Assembly: GCA_031835245.2 (NCBI GenBank)
Contig: JAVKOQ020000033.1
Coordinates: 1-64,000, forward strand
DNA: 64,000 bases
Direction: 5' to 3'
Source: Balamuthia mandrillaris
Lineage: Eukaryota
Each line of letters begins with the position of its first letter. Positions within the stretch are counted from its first letter, which is position 1. The notes under the pieces were generated by a model. It made no database searches, had not been told where the DNA came from, and was given only the letters and a program-made list of their open reading frames with translations. A program made the translations under genes and the position numbers. This document shows, piece after piece, positions 1 through 10,550 of this stretch.

Positions 1-229
1 GTGGAAGCAAGCGGCCCATGCTCCACAATAACGAATGGGTGCTGTGGGTGGGCCGATCCTGGACAACAACACGAGCCACAACTCAAGCATATGGGACCAC
101 GGAAGTGACTGCACCATGGTAAACCAGGAAAGGAGAAGCAGGAGACAGAGCACCGCCCATGCCAAAAAGGTATCCATGAGCAGGAGCACACAACAGAGAG
201 GGATAACTACCAGGTCCTTGGCCAATCCT
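1..229 (-). CDS. Possible partial exon of an unknown hydrophobic protein running off the left edge
   Basis: One minus-strand frame is open to the window edge (LAKDLVVIPLCCVLLLMDTFLAWAVLCLLLLLSWF...). It follows an AG acceptor at about 230 and an intron-like (TCTCCC)n tract at about 280-360. No family recognised. Confidence 0.25.
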
Positions 230-418
230 GTAAGTTGAGATAATGGAGGAGAGAGGTAGAAGAGCTGTGAGCGAAGGGAAAGGAGAAGAGGAGAGTTGAG
301 AAGGGAGAGGGAGAGGGAGAGGGAGAGGGAAAGGGGAATGGAGAGGGAGAGGCAGAGACAGGGTGCTTTTTTTTGTAGTGTCGACAAAAAGTTCGGAGTT
401 TCGTCTGCGATCGAATTT

Positions 419-430
419 TTTCCCGCCAAA
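419..430 (+). promoter_or_regulatory. E2F-type site TTTCCCGCCAAA
   Basis: Matches the TTTSSCGC consensus and lies 190 bp upstream of the ATG at 620. Confidence 0.4.
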
Positions 431-619
431 AAAACAAACATCCTTTGCATAAAAATTTTCTCCAAACACAGAAAAAGTGTAGCGGGGGAGGGAAACAAAC
501 AAATAAACAGACAGAAAAAGCTAGAAGGGGAAAAAAAAGGTGCAGGCTACTACGTACTCAGGTCCAGGCCGTTTGTCCTGCTCTTACTCTTTAGAAATAT
601 CTTTCCTTGCTGTGTCCGA

Positions 620-1258
620 ATGGAAGACGATACCACAGAAGCATTTCGCGAGTCGGTGGATGCCTACGTGAGGGTCAGCCGCGCCGCGATAGAAGCCCAA
701 GTAGAAATGGTGGGATTGCAAGCCAACCTCTTGCGCCGCTTTTCTTCCCCTCCCCCTTGGTTCGTCGCATTCGAGAAGGAATGGAAACAGAGAGAAGCCG
801 AACGAGACGCAAGAGAAGCCGAACGAGACGCAAGAGAAGCCGAACGAGACGCAAGAGAAGCCGAACGAGAGGCAAGGGAAGCCAAACGAGAAAAGCGAGA
901 CAACAAACGCTGGAGAGCGCTTCTGCAAGCCTCACAAAACAATTTTAATCTACTTGCTGAAGTACTTGCCGAAGAGGAGGAATCGGAAGAAGATTCAGAA
1001 GAAGAATCGTATACACGAGAAGACCTCGACCGGATGAGTTACCAACAGCTTCGCGAGCGTGCAACCAAAGCGAGCCTTAAGGTCAAAGGAAAGAAAAAGA
1101 CAGATTACGTGGAGGCCCTTGGTGATTTATCTCTACTTTTTTTCTCTCTCCTCTCCAACCTTTTTTTTTTCCTCCTCTTCTCACCATGCGAACCTTTAAC
1201 CCTATCAGTTGCCCACTATGAAGAACAACAAGGGGAGCAACTTGACGAGGAAAACTGA
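620..1258 (+). CDS. Coiled-coil protein with a C-terminal SAP/Rho-N-like helix-extension-helix motif
   Basis: ATG at 620, intron 1122-1208 (GT-AG). Heptad repeat REAERDA, an acidic tract, then YTREDLDRMSYQQLRERATKASLKVKGKKKTDYVEAL. Confidence 0.65.
   Translation: MEDDTTEAFRESVDAYVRVSRAAIEAQVEMVGLQANLLRRFSSPPPWFVAFEKEWKQREAERDAREAERDAREAERDAREAEREAREAKREKRDNKRWRALLQASQNNFNLLAEVLAEEEESEEDSEEESYTREDLDRMSYQQLRERATKASLKVKGKKKTDYVEALGDLSLLFFSLLSNLFFFLLFSPCEPLTLSVAHYEEQQGEQLDEEN
794..869 (+). repeat. 21-bp coding tandem repeat (gaagccgaacgagacgcaaga), about 3.5 copies
   Basis: Directly visible; encodes EAERDAR units. Confidence 0.9.
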
Positions 1259-1591
1259 GTTTGGCGAAAGAATGTTCTCCCACCACAACGCTTTGGTTTG
1301 CCTCACTCTTTTACGAGAACGATATTAGAGCAGGAGCAGGCAGGTGCAGAGGAAACGAAGAGAAAGATTAGATGTACAAAGCAAGTATATATTTACAAAC
1401 AAACAAGCATGCAAGCAGTTTGAGAGATTGGCTTTTTTTTTGTGACCAACTTCTCAACCAAAGAAGAAAGCAAGTGCCTCCCGCCCACGGGGAACTTGTT
1501 CCGGTCAAGCAACAACAACCCAGTCAACCATCTCTCTTTTTGTCCCAGTCCGTCCACCCCTATAGGGGGAAGAACAAGTGCACTCACAACG

Positions 1592-1790
1592 CGAGCGGGT
1601 AAACGAGTTTTCCAAGTGGTGCCTTTGGGGAAAGGAAAGAGAAAAGTACGACAGAAGAGCAGCGCAAAGGGGGGGATGATCATTAACGGCAGGAACCAGA
1701 AACGAGTTTATTGAAATAGGAGAAGGTTGTTCGTACTTTTCTCTTTCCTTTCCCCAAAGGCACCACTTGGAAAACTCGTTTACCCGCTCG
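1592..1790. repeat. Perfect 60-bp inverted repeat with a 79-nt spacer
   Basis: 1592-1651 (cgagcgggtaaacgagttttccaagtggtgcctttggggaaaggaaagagaaaagtacga) is the exact reverse complement of 1731-1790. Confidence 0.95.
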
Positions 1791-2113
1791 TGTAAAGCAG
1801 GACAAGAGGCCTCACTTTTTTTCTCTGACCCTCCCTCTCGTCCCCGGAACCGAACCGACCTCCTCCCTTTTCGCCAACCCTAACCGAAAAGGGGTCGGGA
1901 GAAAAGAAAAAGGAAGGGGCCTGCCTCCTCTCTCTCTGTGCTCCATCTCGGCTTTAAGGTTGTTTTGCTAAAAGGTACATGTAGCGAAAGGGTGGCACAA
2001 CCAGGAGAAGGAGGAAGAAGAAGCAGAGGAAGAAGCAGAAGAAGAAGAAGAAGAAGAAGAAGAAGAAGAAGAAGAAGAAGAAGAAGAAAAGGTTTCTACG
2101 ATCGGGAAAAAAA

Positions 2114-2559
2114 ATGCCGTTGTGTAAGGCGGAACGGCCCTCCGGTGGGACCACTTGGTGGAAAGCGCTACCCCTATCGCTGCTCGAGGACAAGCAACAT
2201 GGTGAGGCCAAACGTGCAGGAGGACAAGGGAAAGGACGAGTTGCCATCTACGCAGTAAAAGCGAAACAAGAGGATGCAAAAGCGGCGGCGGAAGTGGAGG
2301 CGCAACAGCTCAAAGCAGGGGCTCCCTCGCTGTGGGATCATAGCTTTCGCGTGGTGGTCCGGGTGATCGATCAGCAAGAAGAGAAGAAGAACAAGAGCAA
2401 GAGCAAGAAGAAGAAGCAGCAGAACGAAGGGTGGTGCGTGGCTACCGCTCGCTACCTGTCGCAACTGAAGGAGGACTTGCGGCAGGTTCGCGCTCTCGTG
2501 GGGAGCGTGGTTGCCTCTACAGACTACAAACATCAAATCGGAGCCACGTTGGAGGTTGG

Positions 2560-2610
<51 letters not shown>

Positions 2611-3173
2611 CGAAAACGACAGGATGCAGTACTGGATGCTTTGCTGAAGGAATGGGCAGAAGCGGAAGCCTCATCGGAGGCCGGCGGTGAGAAGGAACAT
2701 GACAAAAAACGAGCGTTTGGCAGCGTAACCGAAGAAGAGTTGCTTCGGAGGGGTACTGCCGCTGTGAAGAGCAACTACGAGGTGGATTCATCGACGGAGA
2801 TCTTGTTGGCCGACTTTACGGACCTCTCTGTGATCAACGGTGGAACCGCGACGCAACAACCCGTAAAGGAAGAGAAAGGAAAGGAGAAGGAGAAGGAGAA
2901 GGAAAGCGAGACACCACCACAGCAGCAAAAAGAGAAAGAGAAGGAAGAGAAGAACAAGGAAAAGAAACAGGATAAAGAGTTGCAAGGATGGTCTTGGATT
3001 GGCGAGGAGGATGGATCAAAGGAAGACAGAAAAGGCAAAGCTGCCAGCAAGAAGCAAAAGGGAGAGGAAAGCGACCCCTTTGACAAGTTCATATCTGAGT
3101 TCATATCTGAAAGCTCTCCAGACGTGTCGTACGTACCTCTTGTCTCATCGCTTTTCCTCATTCTTTGTTATCT

Positions 3174-3215
<42 letters not shown>

Positions 3216-4254
3216 CATCTTCTGTCTTTATGATCTGTTTTACAATTAAACAAAGGTTGAGCAAGGAAAGTGGTACACTAAGGGACGAAGCTCGCTATGC
3301 CCAAACCAAAACCCTTAAGTACAGTACTCTTGGTAAATCCGCAACAGATAGAACGGCCACTTGGGCTTCCATTACCGTTCCTCCGTCCAGGCAACAAAGC
3401 GCCAGACAGCTGAAAGTATTGATACGTAAAGGAGTACCAGATTCTCGCAGAGCAGAGGTAATTGTTCTATTTCTCTTCCTCTTTGCGCTTCTCTTCTGAA
3501 AGTTTTTTCTTCTTTGTTGTGTGCTTTATAGGTGTGGAAGGCAGTTGTTGGTTATCATGAATTCATAGCTACAAATAAGGATCACTACGAGGAAGAAGTG
3601 GTGGGACGTGTATTTGGTCATCGAATTCCTACCAAGTTTTATTTGGTACCTTCTTTTGGTGGGCAGTTTACTCCTCAGGCTCATTATCTTACCCAAGATG
3701 GCGCTATTGCAGCCTCACGCATCCTTTGTGCCTTGGCTATGGTACGCTTCTCCGCTTGTTGCTCTCTCCCTCTCCTTCTCTCCCTCCCTCCCTCTCCTTC
3801 TCTCTTCTCTCTGCTCTCTCTCTCCTCTCTTCTTTCAGATATGCTGAGCTCGTTTTATTATTTTGTATAGGAACACCCAGAGGTGGATTATGTTCCCAGT
3901 CTTCCAGACCTGGTCTGTATTTTTCTATTATTTATGCCGGAGGCAGAAGCCTACGTTGTCAGCAAGCTTGTATTAGAGGAGTCCCGCATTCATCGGTGGT
4001 TCTTGTGCACTGGCAAACAACAGCACGCTCTTTTCTTACTAACCTTCCAAAGCTTGATTCAAAAGTCTCTCCCGAAACTCTTTGCTCGTACAATATCTCC
4101 TTTTCACTCAACTGTTGTTTTTCTTGTATTTTACATCCTTTATTTATTTTCTCTCTCTTGCTTTAAAGATATGAAAAAACTTGGTGTAGCAGTAGAATCA
4201 TTTGCTGAGCAGTGGTATGACCGTCTTTTTGTTAATTCTCTCCCTTACCAGGTA

Positions 4255-4289
<35 letters not shown>

Positions 4290-4656
4290 CTTCTCTTTCT
4301 CTTTCTCTGTCCAACCCACCCTCTGTGCTTTTTCTTTCGTGTGTGTGTTTTTTTTAAAATTATAGACGGTTTTGAGAGTTGTGGATACATTTTTGAATGA
4401 AGGCGTAAAAGTGCTTTATCGGTACATATATTTTCTGTTGTTTAAAACGTGCCCTTGCTTTTGGTTTCTCAACAATGGTAATGGGAGCAGCATTGGTTTG
4501 GGCATTCTACGAACGTATTCTCGACATTTGTTGCAATGCACCAACAAGGATTCTTTTGTCGGAACATTGCAACAACTGACTTGCCAATATGAAGACACAG
4601 ATAGACTTGTTAAAAAGGTTTTATCGATTCTTATTCACTTTATTGGTGCTTCTATT

Positions 4657-4691
<35 letters not shown>

Positions 4692-4853
4692 ACATAGGCT
4701 TTTAGTGAGACTTACTTGAGTCGTCGTCATACTCATGCAATTGACGCCGTCAATCGACCGAGAGTATCTTCGGTAAACGAGCCTGAATACAAGCCTTATT
4801 ATCGCCCCAAAGTCACCGACAAATCCTCTGTCCTCACTGAACTAGAAGTACTC

Positions 4854-4893
<40 letters not shown>

Positions 4894-5660
4894 TCTACGT
4901 TACCTGGCTTGTTTTTTTAAAACTTTCTCTCATTACTTTCGTCACTGATACCTTCTTTGAAAGTTTGAAGCGTTATGGTCTCTTCTACCATCGCGGTTCT
5001 GCATTCATGACCCAAAGCTGTGGTACACATCGGAGGAGCATGGCAGTAGACTTACAGCTTTGTTAGGCAAGTGTTCCCGTCAAGAACCCGCCATTCTCAT
5101 CATCAAAAGCAAGAACAATAGCGTACGTCCCATTCTCTCTCCTCTGCTCTGCTCTGCTCTGCTCTGCTCTGCTCTGCTCTGCTCTCCTCTGCTCTCCTCT
5201 CTTCTCCTCTCTCCTTGTTCTGCTGTCATCTGAAATCTAAAGGATAAATAAAATAGGTGTTTGGAGCATTTGTAGCAGATGGATTGCAGGAGAATAGAGA
5301 AGGCTATTATGGCACTGCTGATTGTATGCTATTCACGTTGCGACCAACTGTTGCGAAGTATGCTGGAAGGGCAGATGGCCCTGCCCAGTTTGTCAGTATC
5401 TCTTCCGAGGATGGCCTTCTCTTTGGCGAAGGGTTAGATTTCTTCTTGTTCTAGTTGGTGTTGTTCGTCTTCTTCTGCGTCTTGTTCTTTTTCTAACCAT
5501 TTTACATGCCAACAACAGAAAAGGATTATATGTGGATAAAGATTTACAGGAAGGCAGCAGCGAATACTGTGAGACCTATCAAAACAAGCAGCTGCACGGA
5601 GACAACGAGGGCAGTCCCGAGTTCGAGTGCTTGGTCATCGAAGTTTGGGGCTTTGTCTAG
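2114..5660 (+). CDS. TBC (Rab-GAP) plus TLDc domain protein, TBC1D24-like, multi-exon
   Basis: TBC motifs LKVLIRKGVPDSRRAEVW, DYVPSLPDLV and LRVVDTFLNEGVKVLYR. TLDc motifs VFGAFV, YYGTADCMLFTL, GLYVDKDLQEGSSEYCETYQN and IEVWGF. Confidence 0.85.
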
Positions 5661-6077
5661 TCAGGCTCCTTCACGGAATGAATAGAAACCAAACAAAAAA
5701 AGCTGTGTAACGTTTATGCTCCCTTTGGAATAAGCCAACAAAAAAACCAAAACTTTCACTCCGAAAGCACCGCTATAGATCACCAAACACGCGCTTTTGA
5801 GGTTTCCTAGGTAAACCCCCAAAAAAACGGAAACACCTCATCGGTGGACCGTCACTGGCCGGTGACGTTTATTTAGGGAGGAGAAGAAAATGGAGAAGAC
5901 TCTTCTGGCCTTCTTGTTTCTTTAAAACGCCGAGCTTTCGTTTCATGTTTCGCTCCTTGTCGGTTTTTCCTCGTGCGGAGAGTTTTGCCCTTTGGCTTTC
6001 ATAAGAACGCTCTTGAAGGTTCTTGTTCTTATTTTTTTTACAACTTTTGAAAATACTGAAGAGACGAGAGAAGCAAC

Positions 6078-7302
6078 ATGAGGTTAACGATGACAATGAT
6101 ACCTGTGGTCGCTATAGTATATCTCGCTTTGGTGCTGCCGGCCACAGCGAAGCTTCCTGTAGATGAGTGTACCATTATAAAGGTTTGTTTGACCGAGACA
6201 GTATTCCTCTTGTTATAGCCTTTTTTTAACAGTGTTGCAAACATAAGAACCCAGCTGCATTGCCAAAAGCTGGCGTTGTTTGCGCGAACCCTGCTCGCGC
6301 GTTGATCAGTTGCGTTTCCCTCCCTATCCTCATTTCTTCTCCGTCATACTGACCAGCTTCGAAACACAGTTGCCGAGCGGTACTTTGACAGTTATGAAGT
6401 TCACACCGACTTCAGGTGACTTTTGGTCTTTGGCTCTCCTGTTTTCGTTTGTATCATTGCTCTTATCCCTCTATCATCTTATGGTTGTGCTTCACAGGGG
6501 CTTCCAGGTGTACACGGGAACGTACAAAGGAAAGAAGCTGTTCGCTGCAAACACAGGACTGGGCGCTTCAGCTGCTGCCTTCCTGATGGAAGAGCTGATC
6601 GCGCACGATGCCGAAGTTATCGTTCGTCTCGGCACCAACGACTACAACGTTACGGAAGCAGACTTGAACAACGTTTATGTCCTCAAGTCTGTGCGAGGGT
6701 ATGTTCTTCCGGCCAGTGCCGAAACACTTTCCAAAAGCATCTGTTGAATTTTTTGTTTTCGCTTTAAGGTTGTGGGGACTTCCTCGTGACTACGGCCTTC
6801 CTTCAGATCTTTGGGGAGAAGGTTTCGTCCACATCTCCTTCTCCTTCTTGTTCTTCTTCGTCCTTCTCTCCTCTCCTCTCTTCTCCTGTTCGTGGTTGGT
6901 TCGTCTTCTATCTTTCTCTCAACAAACATTGCAAACATCACAACAGCAATCCCAGCGGACACATCCCTGGTATCCACCATCCTCTCCGTTGCGCAACAGT
7001 TCAAGAACGTGACGGCCGTGCCGAGCCTGGGCTACTCCATCGACGGCTTCTACTCCTTCTTCGATCCCGTCCAAGTGGCCGCCCGACCCAACACCGTCAA
7101 GGACATGATCCTGGACTACCAGGCCGAGGGCTGCAACTGCCGTGACATGGAGAGCGGGGCGGTGTTGATGATGGGCAAGCTGAGAGGCATCAGGACGGCG
7201 GCCGTCCTTCAGGCGGTCATCAAGTCGGGAGACCATCACGAGAACCCAGGAACCACCGGCATCCCCATCGTGCTCCAATCTCTCCTCAAGTATGCCGATT
7301 GA
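6078..7302 (+). CDS. Nucleoside phosphorylase (PNP_UDP_1, DeoD/uridine phosphorylase type) with an N-terminal signal peptide
   Basis: Spliced product: MRLTMTMIPVVAIVYLALVLPATA...VVCANPARALIIAERYF...FRGFQVYTGTYKG...NTGLGASAAAFLMEELI...IVRLGT...SIDGFY...DMESGA. Confidence 0.8.
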
Positions 7303-7401
7303 TAAAAAACAAGATATAAGATTATTTTCATAATATGTTATTTTATAAAATTTAAACTTTCTATATTTATTATCATTATTTATTTGATGTTTTATTATGA
7401 G

Positions 7402-10168
7402 CTACTCATCAGCAAAAAGCGATATGTCCACTTCTACCTCGGCCTCGGTCCCACCCTCCTTTTCTTTTTCCTTTTCCTCTCGTTCTTTCTTCTGGAGATG
7501 CCTCTGCTTCCTCTGCTTCCTCCTCTGCTCGCCCTCCTCGTCGCGTTGCTGCTGCTGCTCCTGCTCCTGCTGCTGTTGGCGCAGGAAGCGAACCAGGTGA
7601 TGGTTGCTCTCGCGCCCAAGATGCTCCCACATGTGAGCCTCCAGCGTCACCTTCACGCAGCACTCCTGCTTTCCTTCCTCATCCTCATCAAAGACACCCT
7701 TTGCGGCAACAATGGGCATGGCATCAGTAATGCTCTTGTCGATGCCGCGCAACGCCTTGGGTCGGTTCTCAGGGTTGACCACGTAGAGCGGGGCGTTGGG
7801 GAGGAAGTAATGGAAGCTGCCCGTGCGAAGGACATCCCACATGTCCAACATTGGTTGTTTGCTTTCTTCCTCAGCAGGCGCTAGCTCTAAACGCACTTTC
7901 CATGGGCCGAATTGATGTTCGTTGATGTTGTTCTTTTCTTGCTCCTCATTGTAGTGGCGACGATCCCAAAGAGAAGTGCCAACGGCGACGTATGGAGCTT
8001 CGGGAGAGAAGAACTCCTTGCGGAAGATGATTAATGTGGTACCTTCCAAGTAGGTAGCGTTCTCTTTCTTCAATGCGACGAATCCAACAGTCTTTCTTCG
8101 TCCGCCTTTATATATCACCAGTTTTTTAAAAAGAATTGTAAGAATAATGAGAGAAGATAAACTGAGAGAAAGATAGAAAAAATCAACCATCATTGCGAAT
8201 CCGCCGCAAAAGTTGTGGTTCTAACGACTTTTCGCGCAACATTCCGGTTCCCAACATCGAGTGGCAAACATGTTTAAGGGCTTCCTTCCAGAAGAACAAA
8301 GGCTGGGAGAGAAAAGGCGCACAGTCAACCCATACACACACTTGACTCTTCTGTACACTCTCCCAAAATGGTTTAAAGTGACTAAAGTAAACCATCTCTG
8401 ATATCTGTTCATAACAAAATTATCATGCAATATTAGGCCAACGAGAGGGAGAGAACGAAAGAGGGAAGCAAGAAAGAATGGTACTTGAGTGGAATCTTCA
8501 GCCATAGTAGACAAGTTTGACAAGTATCCTTCGCCATACATGTCCTGCAACAACGGCATAAGTTGGTCCCTCAACTTTCCTCTCGTACTCCACTTTGGTG
8601 TTGTGTCCTTTTAAAGCGCTTCGCAGTTCGTAAAAAGCAGAACAAGAGTATTCAAAACAAAAAAAATGGAAAGAAAAAAGAAAAAAGAAAAAAGAGAAAA
8701 ACCTTGAAATAGGGAATGCCATATTTGTGAGAGAAGGAATAGATATCGGACTTGGGATGCGGCAACATTGGCCTCCAAATGGAAACGCCGTTAATGACGC
8801 TTTCCGCGTGCATCCCCGAAAGATCGACCAGGCTACATCCCTTCATTATGTTGGATATGACGTTTTCTTGTACGTCACCTTTGTGATGGCCAAACATGAC
8901 ACCTGGGCAGCCCTTAAATTCCTCTAAAACTGTTTTGTAAAATCCAAAACGTATGTTCCTGCTTATTTCCTAAAGATAGCAACAATGTAAGTTTAGGAAT
9001 GGGAATGCACGAAAGAGAAGATGACAGAGGAAAAGGAAAGAAATAAAGGAAGAAGAAAGGGCAAGCAGTGGTACTTCATAGTCTTCGCGTTTGGTTACGC
9101 CACGAGTGACCTCAGAGATGGTCCGTTTCCTGAAGACTACACCTCTCTGCTCGCACCACTGCTCCACATAGTCCGCCTCAGCGCCACTCTCCGGTCGGTT
9201 GGCATAGTCCACGTGGATGGCTACCACTTGGAACGTGTTGCTTAGCGTCGTTAATGATGACGATACTTTCTCTTCCATCTTTTGTTTGTACTTATCACGA
9301 ATGTGAGTCACTATCTTGGTCAGCACCATCGAGTCCACTCCGCCGGACAGAGATATGGCCAGTGCAGGTAAGCTCTCCACTTGCCTATCGTTGAGCGATG
9401 AAGGTCGAGTTAACATTAAGAAAAGAGCAGAAAGGGACAGGAAGAGGAAGAAGAAGAACAAGAACACGAAAGAAGAAGCAAAGGGGACCTTTGTTTAAGG
9501 AACTGCTCCACCGTTTTGTAAAGCTTACTCGACTCAATGTCGCTCTCATCGGCCTCAAATGGGTGAAACTCAAGAATGTCCCAATGGTGAGTGGCCCAGA
9601 GCTTGCCCTCCAAGTCCTGCAACCGCCTCAGCGTGGTCTTCCTGAACTTGAGCAGCAGCTCCCTCTGATAGTCCTCCTCCTGCAGGCGCCTGTCGATCCT
9701 CTCCAACACCTCCTTAAGCCGAGGAATGGTCGGGCTGTGACGAAAGACCATCAACAAGAAGATGTGCTGAGGGACGGAGAGGCAACGCTCCCAACCGCGT
9801 TCGATCAGCCGCTCGGCGTAGCGCAGGGCCAACCGATCGTTGGCCGCTACTCGCTCATCTCTTTGAGGGCGAGAGCGGTAGACGTGACGCGAGAACTGGT
9901 CCAAAACGAGAATGAGGGCCAAGAGGGGGAGGGGTCCCTCCTCCTGCCACGCGGCGGAGAGAGGGGAGGCCTCCTCCTCGGCGCGTAGCAGCACCTCTCC
10001 GAACCGCGCCTGGATGAGCTGGTCGGTTTCGCGCTGTTGCGGGGAGCCGTCCACGCAGAACCATTTGCTCTTGTAGAGTTCCTCCAGGGTTCCTTCCTCG
10101 AACCAGAAACGTAGGACCTCCTTGTAGGAAACCTCCGTCGTCTTGTTCTTGTGCTCCTCCTCCGCCAT
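7402..10168 (-). CDS. DUF924 domain fused to a TilS/PP-loop tRNA(Ile)-lysidine synthase-like domain
   Basis: N-terminal EVLRFWF...KWF...LALILVLDQFSRHVYR...IFLLMVFRHS (DUF924). Then PP-loop AISLSGGVDSMVL, AIHVDYANRPES, GHHKGDVQEN, IWRPML, IPYFKDTTPKWSTRGKLRDQLMPLL. Confidence 0.85.
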
Positions 10169-10550
10169 TTTCTTCTTTCTACTTTCTTTTTTTATTTTTA
10201 TTTTTAAGGAAAAAAAAGCTTGATCGAGAATGGAGTCGAACTCGAGGCACATCGCTGTGCCAGATACAACCTATTAACATAATAGGTGGACAAGGAATGT
10301 GTCGACAAATTTCTCGTTCTCTCTCTTCTCTTCTCTTCTCTTCTCTTCTCTTCTCTTCTCTTCTTCTCTTCCTCTCCTCTCATTTTCTTTCTTTCTTTTT
10401 CTTTCTCCGTCTAACCTTTGATGATTGATGATGATAGTTATATTGTTGTTGTTGACTCCCGTTGAGATGGAGGCAAAGGAAACCGGGGAGCACATGGTGA
10501 TAAAGAAGAGTTGCTGGTGATTGGTGGTTGTTTTTTATTTTTCCAAGTTT

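Noticed and set aside
794..869. 21-bp repeats (and the 78-bp repeats at 59950-60780) as CRISPR-like arrays
   Set aside because: No unique spacers, in-frame coding repeats, eukaryotic context and no cas genes.
1876..1883. AACCCTAA telomere-like unit (also near 25851)
   Set aside because: Single copies, expected by chance.
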